DNA from: Raillietiella orientalis
Taxonomy: Eukaryota
Direction: 5' to 3'
Assembly: GCA_036172245.1 (NCBI GenBank)
Contig: JAYWIR010000004.1
Location: 5,146,001-5,210,000, forward strand
DNA length: 64,000 bases
This document shows, piece after piece, positions 13,215-23,899 of the stretch; the first letter of the stretch is position 1, and each line of letters opens with the position of its first letter. Under the pieces are notes generated by a model. It was given only the letters and a program-made list of their open reading frames with translations. It was not told the origin of the DNA and searched no databases. The translations under genes were made by a program, and so were the position numbers.

Positions 13215-13582
13215 AACAACAGACCCCCGTACAACGTGGGATTCGTATAGCGCAGATTCGTACAACGAAGATGCGTATAACGACGATTCGTACAACACAG
13301 ATGCGTATAATTAGGATTCGGGCAACGAGGATGTGTACAGCGAGGATTCGTATAACGGAGATGTGCATAACGAGGACGCGTATAACGAGGATTCGTCATT
13401 CGTGTAACGACGATTCGTACAACAAGGATTCACATAACGAGGATGTGTATAATGCGGATTCGTATAGCGAGGATTTGTACAAAGACTACTGGTGTAACGC
13501 GGATTTGTGCAACGTGGTTTCGTATAACGAGGATGCGTATAACGCGGAACGTATCCCTTGCGTTATACAGAGGTGCACCGTA
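13215..13582. repeat. 15-bp minisatellite (~20 degenerate units, consensus GGATTCGTATAACGA) probably inside a pogo/Tigger-like MITE
   Basis: Tandem units read directly from 13239 to ~13550. The ends aacaacagacccccgtacaacg and cgttatacagaggtgcaccgta form a degenerate inverted pair (13/22 by hand count) resembling Tigger-type TIRs ending in TA. Confidence 0.75.
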
Positions 13583-13870
13583 CGATGCTTCTAATCTGCA
13601 TTGTTGTTCTCCTGCTAAAGTCTCGACTGGTGGTAATGGGAAGAAATTTGTGTGGCAGACACCAGAAGTCGACTTCTGCTTGTATCCACGGATCCCCCCC
13701 CCCCCGGAACTAAGTGAGGGAGCGGCATGCTCTATCGCTCATCTTGCAGCAGGTCTGCTTCAGCTACGGGGGAAGCAAAGAAAGAAAAAAAGAAACAAAG
13801 AAAGAAAAGAAAAAGAAAAAGCGGCATGCTCTATGGCTCATCAGCCGCACGTCCGCGTTGGCGGTCGTGC

Positions 13871-13954
13871 GCTTCCAGCTACCACCAGTGCCGCACCTGG
13901 GCCAACCTGCGTCGTTTGGTTGGCCCAGGTGCGGCACTGATGGTAGCCGGAAGC
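13871..13954. repeat. Long inverted repeat / hairpin: 37-bp arms (35/37 complementary), 10-nt loop
   Basis: gcttccagctaccaccagtgccgcacctgggccaacc (13871-13907) versus ggttggcccaggtgcggcactgatggtagccggaagc (13918-13954). Confidence 0.95.
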
Positions 13955-14707
13955 CGGATGCCCCGTTGACTGACCAGGATCGGAAGTTTCCCTTCCGGGG
14001 TCCTTCCAGGACGTCAGGGAGCCCTTCGGGGTTCCCTTCCGGTTGTGAAAGGGGAGCCGAGAAGTGCCATGGAGCACCATGAATCTGGTCGGCACCCCCC
14101 TCGAGGAGTCGCCACTCCAGGGTGTCAAGAAGCGCGCTGCTTCCTTCGGGAAGCGCCCCTTAAGGGTTCTCTTCTGAGAAGTCACAAGGGGAGCAGATCC
14201 TTTCCGAAGGCTCCCTCTGGAGAGAACAAGGAAGAGGTGGTTCCCCTCCGGGGTTTCTTCCCAAGCATGCGAGAGGAACGGACCCCTTCCTCCGGAGCCC
14301 TTTCTGGATTCACAGGGTGTTCCCCTTCCGGGATCGCCCCCCTACAAATTGAAGAGTGACATGCCCACCCAGGTGGCATGGGCAGCGTGAAGGAGCTCCG
14401 TGACTCCTCCCCCCCCAAATACGGCGAACGGTTCTTCAGCACTCAGCTAACCGAAAGAAGAAAAAAAAAGGTGGAAGGGAAGCAGCGAAAACAGGAGAAC
14501 CCCCAAAATGAATTTCCATCCTTCTAGGTCAGTAGTGACGACCTCCCCATGAAGTCTCTGCTGTCTTCCTAAAAGGAAGGGGGGGGGGATGCAACATGGG
14601 CGGTCATGGGTTCGGAGTTCTCCTGCGAGGTGGTGCTGGTGTGTGGCTCAGGCACAAGGATAGTCTTTTGGGTTTCCCCTCACCTCGAAAACAATATATA
14701 TATATGT

Positions 14708-15421
14708 GCAATGGTACCTCAATACTCGTCGGTTTCGTCACTCGTCACAAGCTCCGGAACGAATTATTGACGAATATCGAACCATTGCATACATATATAC
14801 ACACATACATACAGCATATATACTGCACTCGGGTCATGCACATACGACACGTATGTCTTTATTTAGTCTCCTGTATTTAGTCTCACTTTATAACTTACGT
14901 ACGTACGTCCCCTGCACATAATTTATCTGCTTTTCGTAGTCTCCTGTATTTTTTGTTTAATCTACAGATGTGTTCCGTACAATGATAGTCTACATGCCAC
15001 GTGTGCTCTGTACATGATCCAAGTGCTGTGTATACTCCTGAGCTCTTCGTACTCTCCACGTTTTCGCGAAGGCAAGTTTCCCCAAAGAGTCAAGGAATGG
15101 TCCTGCGGCAGCGAGCGACTCCTGACGCTGCCTCGTGAAGACGACGGCGCTTCTCCGGGAAGCCCTCGTGTCCGGCGAGTGGGGCACCCCACCTCCCTTC
15201 CCCCCTTGTCGGTCGCAGAGCGGGAGGGCGGCGTGGGACTGCGCGCGTCCGAAACGGAGGGCGGCGCCACACCGCCGCTTCCGCTTCTTGAGCGGCACTC
15301 GCCCAGCATCCGGACCCAGGCGTGACGCACGCGTGCTTCGTACTCGCCTGCGCTTGGCAAAGTAATTCGTTCCGCAACTCGTGACGAGTGCGAAACCGAC
15401 GAGTACCGAGGCACCATTGCA
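14708..15421. mobile_element. Tc1/mariner-pogo-type non-autonomous element ends (~59-bp imperfect inverted repeats) in TA-rich microsatellite
   Basis: tgcaatggtacctcaatactcgtcggtttcgtcactcgtcacaagctccggaacgaatta (from ~14707) is the near reverse complement of 15363-15421. Both ends abut (TA)n. The CA[A/G]TGGTACCTC terminus resembles Tigger-family TIRs. Confidence 0.65.
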
Positions 15422-15799
15422 TATATATACACATATACATATATACAGCTCAGCTGTCCCTTTCTGCCGCAGCAGTGGACGCAGAAATGGGTACTTTTTT
15501 GAGGATTCAATTCAGCCAGTTTCATTGCGAGGGACTTCCATCGGAAAAGACTCATCCAATGAAGTGGGACGTGTGCTGTTGGCATCCGATTTGCCACACG
15601 AAAATATTGTGGATGGAACCATAGACTTGCACCCGGTGACGCCGGGGCGTTTTTTTGATAGAAAAAATAAAATACACCAACAGGAGGGAACTCAACCGTT
15701 TCCCCGAAAGACGTTGGATGGGAGTGCAAGGAGGGGATCCACCCATGCTCCCGACCGGATTCTTGAGGTAGAGTCATAGAAGGAACTCCCTCAATGGTT

Positions 15800-17032
15800 G
15801 GAGAAGCAGTGCCCTCTTACAGCGAATCGGAGAAACTTGTAGGAAGGTAGCATGAAATCTGGGAGACGGAAAGGGATATCAAGAGTTCGGGTTTTCTGAC
15901 AACGCATTGCACACACCGAGAGCATCTTCCCTCCTGGTGGTCAAGCGCGAATTCGGCTATGCTCGCAGCGAACGGGCGAGCTTCATTCGGAATGATGGTC
16001 CTGGCTATCACCAGCGTGAACCATTTTTACACGAATTCGAGGCAGGATGTTGCGAGTACCTCCTTTGACCCGGATGTAAGGTGGCTCAGTAGAGGCAGAA
16101 TGCGAAAAGGCGCTTAAAGGCAGGATGCCGCTGTTATGGATGTGAAAGTTGGGACGGTCCCTGAAATGTTGCGTGAAACACGGCGAAGAATGTCAGAGGC
16201 TCAGCGAAGAACCCGAAAGTTCAGGAGGAAAACAAGTTTGGAGTATTCGATGAAATCAGGATGGAACCACGATTGTCTTCTACTCTCGGTACAACTAGGG
16301 GGGATCCTTCATCGATTTTTCGCAGCTCCAGTTCGCCAGTCGAACTGAATTTTCGGTGCACTCCCCTTGACAGAAACGCTACAACACCTGTGCACCTTCG
16401 GCGATGTTCTTAAGGACATGTGTCCTTAAATACGTGTGCTATTGCCCTCCTGAGTGTCCGGAAACGCTTCGCCGCGGCCCTCCCATTCCCGATGGGCAGA
16501 GGCAGAGAGAGAGGTCTTGCGGCGCCTCTTTGCTCACGACTCGACGTCGCCGGCAGCTTCCTCGCTTGCAGCCCTGCACTGCCTTCGTGGGATCGAGGCG
16601 GTGAGAAGCCGTGCCGCCGAAAGAGGCCAGTCGAACGATGAAGTCGTCGCAGACGTCTGCTCCTTCGTGAGGCTGGCGACAAGATGGCCGCTCATCTCTG
16701 CCAGCAAAGGGAGCAAGTTGCCAACATCCTCCAGAGGATGCTGAGGACACCGGGAAAAAATCTGTCAGCCCTTCGCTTCCCTCCCAAACTTTTTTAAACT
16801 CAACTTTTGCGTGTGTGTGTGTTTTTTTGTTTATCCTTTCCCGTCTTCTCCCATGCGGACACCATCGGGGAGCGGCTCACGAGAAGCGGCGCTTCCGAGG
16901 CATCTCCCTTGGCAGTGGTCACGTGAAGCCACTACAAAGACGGACGCTTTTTTTTATTTTATATGACGTTCTTTTTTTTTTTTGTAAATATTTTTTTCTC
17001 ACAATAAACGCCCCGGCGTGACCGGTTGAAAA
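15800..17032 (+). mobile_element. L1/Tx1-like LINE, copy C (plus strand, 3' portion; 5' boundary uncertain)
   Basis: zf relic CYCPPECPETL (~16435-16470); ORF2-end motif aacatcctccagaggatgctgaggac (16723-16748); T-rich 3' UTR; terminal aataaacgccccggcgtgaccggttgaaaa (17003-17032). Confidence 0.6.
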
Positions 17033-18364
17033 TGAAGACGTGTGCTCAGCTTGGAACTCGTCTCGGTGAGAGGGGATTTCCTCCGTGGAGGGAGAGCCGA
17101 AGAAAGGGAAAGAACGAAGAAGCGGGAAGCGCGTCGTCCCCTAGTTGTATCTTTCTTGCGAGCACGAAGCGAACTGACAAGGTCGCTCGGGCGCATCTGC
17201 ACAGCGGCACGGCAGCCGATGGAAAGGCACGCATTCAACCGTACCAGAGAGCACAGAGGCTGGAAGCGCACATGGGAGAGCGCTTTGGTCTCAAGGGGCT
17301 GGGCAGTCTGATGACCCAAACGGTGAACTTGGCTCACAGTCACAAGAAAATGCTCCCGGAGGCGGGTGAAAGCAACGTCCCTACCACCACCACCATCACC
17401 AAAAAAAAAAAATGACCATTGAGAATGGTGAGAAAAGCGATTGGGGCTGGGTCATTGCAATAGGTTTTTTCCCACTGCGAACGATGTCCCAGCCTAAGTC
17501 TCCACAGCACATACACCGCCGGAACACTGTGTGTTTCAGCACCCTGCCGCCTGCTTCTTGGAAATTCAAAGGGAAGAGGAAGAGAAGAGATCAGTCCTGA
17601 GGATGGAGGACACTCCCTACTTTTGGAATAACTTGTAATAAATAAAGATGAACACTCACTTGTGCCACTTTGTTTTATTAGCTTTGCTGTGACGTATCCA
17701 CTAAAGGGATGGATGAGTAATTCCGCAAACGCATATTAAATGAAAAATTAATTTTTATTCTTTATTAAACATTCTCAGAGCTATAAAGAAAGGCGGACTT
17801 TTTACACCCACAAGGAGATAACAGCTTCATCTTCTGCTTGAGAAAAAGAGACTGGGAGCGACCGAATGTAATAACTGTGAAAGTTCGATCCACGGTTGCC
17901 AAGGTTTCCGTTAGAGTTCTGAACCTTTCTGCTCCAGCTAGGCGATTGTTTTCTTTCATACTTAAGAAATCAACTGTTGCTTAACAAACGAAGCTCACCT
18001 TCCCATCTCTTTTGTTCGTCGCCCTTTGGGCCCATCCACAGCACCGGCGACCCGAGAAACATAGCCAGCCCGAACATAGCCAGTTCGAACCGACTGCCCT
18101 AGAGGGCAGGGCATTCGCACAGCTCGAAAATGAGAAAGGAAAAAAAGGACAGACCGTCAACCGTGATCCCAGCTGCGGCAAATTTGAAATTCCAGGAATT
18201 GGGGCTCATTTCGCTCAAAACTACGGCCGCGAGACAAAAATTTCCTATGGAATGGAGCAGAGAAACAGAGTGGACGCATCGTCATCCGCGCATCCTTTGA
18301 CACCGCCGATGATTCGGGGCAGGAGGAGGGAACACCGGGGGTGCGCTGCTGTGCACACCCCTAG

Positions 18365-21300
18365 CGGAACGATGCTGTACCTTGGGAAGCTAGCGGGGAA
18401 GTGGATGCTGCAGGGGAAATTCGCTCTGGGACACGGTGCGCAAAGGAAAGGGGCGCAGGAGGGAAGCGTCTCCTCCAAGCGGGCGGAAGCCGCAGGGAAG
18501 CCGTCTCCCAGGAGCGAGGATGCGCGTCACGTTTCCTCGGATCGAGGGCATCTTCTCTCGGAGGCATCGCTATCTGACAGGGAATCGCAGAAGCGGGTCG
18601 GGGGCTCCCGGATGCGGACGCGGAAGTCGGTGGCGCCTTGGGCGGTGCTCTCTCCGCCGGGCTGATAGTCGGACGAGAGTCCGCGGGAACGCGGGCCCGC
18701 CTCGGGGCACCCTCTTTCAGGGAATCCCTCCCCCGTCACAGGTGTTGCGTGAAGGAAAGGGGGGAGGGAGAGCGCTCCCTGGCGGCGCATGAGCCAGCCC
18801 TTTCGTTCCGGCAGGCGGGAGACTTCCGACTTCCTGCTGAAGTTCCGGTCGTTCCTTTGAAGGGCGGCGCGCTTTCGCCCTTCAGAATTGCGGACGCGCA
18901 AGCCCCGCAATTCCCACTCACCCACTCCGCGCCCGCCAATGGGTCCGTTGCGCGCGCCAAACTCTGCTCGGCAATCAGTTATTAGCAGAGAAGCTGCTAA
19001 AGGGAGCCGCGAGTACCGCGGCGACCACCCTCTCCTCTTTCTGTCTCTCCCCCCCCCCCCCCCCCCATCGATGGCACGCTGGAACGCATGGAGCCCGTGA
19101 GACAGCCGGCAGAGCGCGCACCGAGCGAAGGATTGCGTCCCCCCCTCCCCCCCTGTTCCAGTCGAGTTTAAGGGAACTGCTCCCCCACCCCGTGAAGGGG
19201 AGGGGAGGGAGCGAGGGAAGGGAGGGAAGAGGGCTTCTTGTTTTCCGGGAATGCCTCCGGGCCACGACTTTCCCGGCCAGGGGACGACCTTCGACGAAAG
19301 GGGTGCGCTGCGCAGCAGGCGGGAAGCCGAGTCCTCCTGTTCTTCAAAGAGTAAAAATAAATCAACGAAGAGGAATTTCTTTGCGAATCCATGTGTGTGT
19401 GTTTTTCCCCCAAGGAGACGAAGAGGTCGCGGCGCTCACCGATCTCCAGCCAGGAGGCCTCGCGCTGACTACCTTGCATTCCATGTTACGACGATGGCTG
19501 GGAGCAGCGTGTCAGATCTTGGGGAAGACGGAAGAGGTGGAGGGAAACTGTCGCATCTCTTCCCCATCTCCCATCCCCCCTCCTCCCTTCCTTGCGTGCC
19601 TGGCTCTCCTGGCAGCCGCGGTCATCTCCAGGGGAAAAACAAAGCAAAAGGAAACAGCAGAAAAAAGAAAGAAAAGATGCGATCGGCAGGGTTTCGATCG
19701 GCATTGTCGATCGTCTCGTGAAGGAGGGATGGGGGGGCTTGAAAGGGCCAGTTCGGCTGGCCGAGCGTTGAGGTACCTCGCTTGGACTCGAGAGGCCCGT
19801 GTGATGGAGTACCGTACGCACGGAGACAGACGGCTTCCTGCCTTTCGAGAGAGGGAGGAAGCCGAGTCGGGCGAGCGACTGCCATAGCGATCGCAGGTGT
19901 TCGCGGCGGAAAGGAAAAGAAAAAGAAATTAAACGAAAAGGGGTGGGAGGGAGGAAATCGGGCAGCCATCCCGTGAGGCAAGAGAATCTCACGGCACGAG
20001 AGGGGGAAGCGGAGACCTCCCTCCCGTTCCGCTTTCCCGCCTGCGAACTCGGCTCCTCCCGCCCCACCCTTTAGTTCGAGGGATCACCGCGTTAGGGGCG
20101 CACGACAGGACTAGGGAAAACGCGCGCACTGTTTCTTGTGCTGTTCCGCACCGGCTCCTGAATTCCGGCGGCGGCGCCTCTGGGTGAGGGAGAGATGGGG
20201 AAAGAAGGAAGGGGGGAGGGGTCGTTCGGCAATGCATAGCAGGGAATCACCCGGGACACCTCCCAGCGGGCTGGCCGCCTCTGGGTGCCTGCCCGAGGAG
20301 GAAGTTGCGCCACCGCACGAGGAGCCGAAGGGGCGGGGACGGAGCGCGGGGACCGATGACCATCAGTCCCGATGGCAGTGCCCACCGCGATGCTGCGCTC
20401 CCTGTGCGCTCTCCTCCGTTCCCTCCTCCTCCTCCTCTTCCTCCTGGCGGCCGGGTCCCGGGCCCAGTCCCGCTGCACCCTCCGCAAAGACCCCGTCTGC
20501 GGCTCCAACGGCAAGACCTACAGGAACATGTGCTACTTCGACTACTACGCCAGGCCCCAAGGTACGTCCGCCCACCCCCGCTCGGGGAGGAAGCGCGGAC
20601 AGGACTTCGCGTGAGGAGGGGAGGGGGAGTCAAAGACCGACTGGCTCCGGACTGGATGGACCTTCCCGGACGGCCTCTGCCTCTGGAGAAGGCCCTCAGT
20701 TAGCAGCCCGGCGCCCGCGGTCTCGCCTCTCCCCAGCCGCCTCCGCTTGGGCGGGTGCGCCACCGCGAGTCGGTCCTCCGGGAGCTCAGCGTGGTCTTGC
20801 TCTCCTCCTCCAGGAGTGCGGATCGTGAAGGAAGGCTACTGCGACTACGCCGCCTCCGTGGGAATCATCCCAGAGTTCACCCCCTTGGGGTTCCGGGTCG
20901 GATGAAGGGGCTCCCAGCTTCCTCCCGGAGAGCAGGCCCGCCGTCACGATCGTCGCCGCAGCCGCTGGCCGACCAGCAGGAAGAGCATTAAAAGAGCGCG
21001 CGCCATGCATCGCCGCTGGGTGCGCTGCAATCGCTCGTTCGAGAGCGCGCGGCCTTCGCTGCCTCTCCGGGTCCCGGACTGGGAAGGGGAGGGAAAGAGG
21101 GTGTTGGGGGGCTGCATCGGGGAGGGATTGGGAGGGGTAGGGCTGTCGGATATGCCAAGGGACCCCTCTCTCATCTTCGGGGAGCGACTTTCCGTTTCAG
21201 GAAAAGTGCGTGAAAGAGATGAAGAGCGCTTTTCGTCCACTCAGAACGCTCAGTGCGATGACCTGCGACCTCTTCACGCAATCAGTTCCGTGTCCCCCCT

Positions 21301-21461
21301 CCCCCCCCTTCCCTGCGTGTCCGGAGTGCAAGAGCGAGGGAGACGTGCTATTTCCTGGGGGCTTCCACCTGGAGTTCCAAAAATACAACTTCGAAAGGTG
21401 CCGGATCGATCGTCTGGTGGGAGAGGAGGAAAGGGAGGAGGACAAGATGGGGAGGAGCTGA
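18365..21461 (+). CDS. Putative 3' exons of an unidentified gene (18365-18435, 19415-19536, 21201-21461)
   Basis: Three GT-AG-bounded, phase-compatible segments give GTMLYLGKLAGKWMLQGKFALGH-GDEEVAALTDLQPGGLALTTLHSMLRRWLGAACQILGKTEE-EKCVKEMKSAFRPLRTLSAMTCDLF...FERCRIDRL...*. Good acceptors at 19414 (tttttcccccaag) and 21200 (ccgtttcag); donors weak; no homology recognised. Confidence 0.28.
20372..20905 (+). CDS. Secreted single-domain atypical (4-Cys) Kazal-type serine protease inhibitor, paralog 2; exons 20372-20561 and 20814-20905
   Basis: Leu-rich signal peptide, then CTLRKDPVCGSNGKTYRNMCYFDYYARPQ. Donor g|gtacgt at 20561; acceptor ctcctcctccag|ga at 20813 gives GVRIVKEGYCDYAASVGIIPEFTPLGFRVG*. 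ATTAAA at 20987. The start could instead be the ATG at 20390. Confidence 0.88.
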
Positions 21462-21471
21462 ACTTTTGCAG

Positions 21472-21735
21472 GGCCAAAAAACACACACAGTGCAAAATAC
21501 ACCAAGTGCAAAAAGAGCAGGCCAAGGCATTCTACCAAATGTCGCAAGCAAAGCTGCACTTATTATTACTATAGTCATAAGAGGTCCACCTATTCCCCAA
21601 ACGTATTTAATGATATTGCATATTACCTTGGTAGTTGTGTCAAGATCAGCATCGGCAGCACTGCTCATATGTGAAAAGGAAGTAAACAATATTACAAAAA
21701 AAAACACCAAAAACTCTCCTAATTGTAGGGTTCAT
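21472..21735 (-). pseudogene. virB2: Wolbachia/Anaplasmataceae-type TrbC/VirB2 type IV secretion pilin, frameshifted and 3'-truncated (nuclear endosymbiont transfer)
   Basis: ATG at 21735: MNPTIRRV-(+1 in T run)-LVFFFVILFTSFSHMSSAADADLDTTTKVICNIIKYVWGIGGPLMTIVIISAALLATFGRMPWPALFALGVFCTV-(tgtg insertion)-FFG. The ICNII...GGPLMT...FGRMPWPALF...FFG pattern is that of Rickettsiales VirB2. No intron; AT-rich island in GC-rich flanks. Confidence 0.85.
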
Positions 21736-21785
21736 TCCTATACCTTAAATTCAGACATTGTAATTATATCTGAAATAGTATATTG
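21736..21785 (-). promoter_or_regulatory. Co-transferred bacterial upstream region of virB2 (TATAAT -10-like box, purine-rich RBS-like tract)
   Basis: The minus strand reads tatactatttcagaTATAATtacaatgtctgaatttAAGGTATAGGA-ATG, with TATAAT at 21768-21763 flanked by the inverted hexamers ttcaga/tctgaa. Confidence 0.4.
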
Positions 21786-23899
21786 GGCAACGACGGGGAG
21801 TGGGAGCCCGCGCACTCTTTCCCTTCCTCTCTCCCTCCCCACGTTCGACGGAGCCCCGGGAAGAGGAGGGAGATGCCCTCCCTCCGCTCCCAGCACGTGA
21901 ACGTGTCTAGTACGAAACCCCTGCTGTTGCCGGCCCCTTGGTGCCTCCCCCTCCCGGAGCCTCTCCGGACCCGCAGCTTTGGCAGCAAGCGCAAGGGCAG
22001 GCAGCTGCTCGGGGCGCGCGCTTTTGCACCGGTTGCCGGGTCGGAGTGGGGAGGATCTGAGTGCGCGGAGACGCGTTTTGCAGTGTCTCTTTCTCGCCGC
22101 TGCTAGCATCTACCAACGATGCCTTCTACCCGCCCCGCGATCAGCGGCGAAGACAGTAGAGTAGCGCCTCCTGGGAGTAAACAGAGGGGTGGCTGGGTGG
22201 GAGAAAGGAAACGTCCGGCGGCTTCAGAGTCCCCATCGCCTCTGGAGAAAGATCCCATCCTCATTCGTTTCCACCTCCACTGTTGCTTCCCTTGCAGGGT
22301 CCGGATCGCGTTTTGTGGCTACTTGGGGTTGCATCCTTTTCCGCTACGACTCCCGTCGCCCCCTCAGGCTCTTCCATTAGGCCCGAGCGGTGACCTCGGC
22401 AAGATCGCAGGGCAGGCTGCGGTCCACACCAAGGTGAGAACTTCTTCCCGCTTCTTCCTGGCCCCTCCACAGGGATCCTGGCGCCGAAGAGGAAGGGAAG
22501 GCATTGGTTTTCTTTTCCTTGTGGGCAGAAATCCTGGAAAAGGAGGGGTTTCTCTGGGAGTTCTCCCACCCTCTACCCTCTTCTCTGGAAGACTACCTCA
22601 GCAGAGGTGGTTTTCCAGCTTCATGGAGGGCAACGCAAGGGAGCCACCACCGGCTTCGGCGGAGGAACCTCTTCTGCAGCAGCTTTCTCTTTCCCCTCAT
22701 TCTCTCCCCGTTTTTCCCAGCTTCCGTCGTTGGCTCCCGCGTGCCAGCAGCCTGACCGGGGCCAGCGGGCTGATGGTCTCCTGGTCTCCTGTGGACGAGG
22801 AAGCAGCCGACCAGAGGACTCGGCTCGGAGTCGCGGGAGGCGGCCCTGGGCTCCGTTCCCGGACTTCCTCGTCCCGAAAAAATCCTGGGAACTCTCTAGC
22901 CAGTGGCTCCCTAACCCTGATGGACGCTGGCTCTGCCCGACAGTGACTTGAGCGCACACCTCGTAGGTGCCCACCCGGCGTGCCCTGTCCTCCCCGGTGG
23001 TGCAGGGTCTTCCTGACGCAGGGCACGACCGGCCTTCCCGAGCACCGGTGGCTCCCACTGGGGGATAGCCCGGGGCGAGACCCAGATTCGCCTGACCCCT
23101 CTTCGTCTTCGCGACGGACGCGCCGCCCTCGGCAGAGTTCGAAGGGGACCGATGCGCAGGAAGACGGCTGGGAGGGGGAAGGGGAGAAGTCGAGGATGGG
23201 CTTGCTTTCCGGGACGCGGATACTTTGCACTTCCTCCTGCAGAGAGCTGCTTCCGCATCCGCTTTAGCAGCCGACCGTTCAGAAGAGCTCCAGAGTCGTG
23301 TGCTGAAAGGCGTGACACCCTCATCGGGACTCTGGCGTTCGCTGCCAAACGAAAAGGCGCAAGTGTGCCTGGAGCACGCGTGAACGCGTACCGCGGACCA
23401 GCACGTGAGCGAGCGAGCGGCTTGGCGTACACGCAGCGCGCGCAGTACACCGCTTCAAACCGACTCGCCTCAGCCCTTTCTTCGCGACATGGCGTCAGCG
23501 AGCGCGACCAGCATGGCGCCCAACAATGCGACCCAAAAATATACGCACGCAAGCCGCTCAAAGGCTCTCCCGGTCAGATCGGGTTTGTGGCGAAACATGG
23601 CCGCCTCCGCGTTCCGTTCTGGCTTTAAGTGACCCGTCCTTTACATGTCCGAGTATCAGCACCAGTGTGTACCGCGCGTGAGTACCGTGTACGATTGTGC
23701 GTCTTTTCTCATCCCGAATGTTTTGGGCTGCACTAGTCACCTGGAATCAATAGGAAGGGATCGCCGGAAGCGGCCGGATTGAGATCTGACCTGACTCCAC
23801 GGATGGCCATCTTCGGAGTGGTCAGGCAAAAGAAATAGGGAGAGATCTGGGTCCTCGGTAGTAATAGTTCTCGAGAGCCTTAAGTGGCCAAAGGGCTTT

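Noticed and set aside
13239..13550. CRISPR-like array or repeat-protein ORFs (RIxxx / YTNxR repeats)
   Set aside because: Contiguous 15-bp units without unique spacers, no cas genes, eukaryotic context; the ORFs are by-products of the 15-bp period.
21348..21710. Intact 120-aa VirB2 ORF as given in the ORF track
   Set aside because: The true ATG (21735) is out of frame, and the C-terminal ~45 aa derive from host flank after a second frameshift; treated as a pseudogene.
22100..23250. Possible R2/NeSL-type N-terminal zinc finger relic (CPASGRPCTT)
   Set aside because: A single weak motif; not enough to call.
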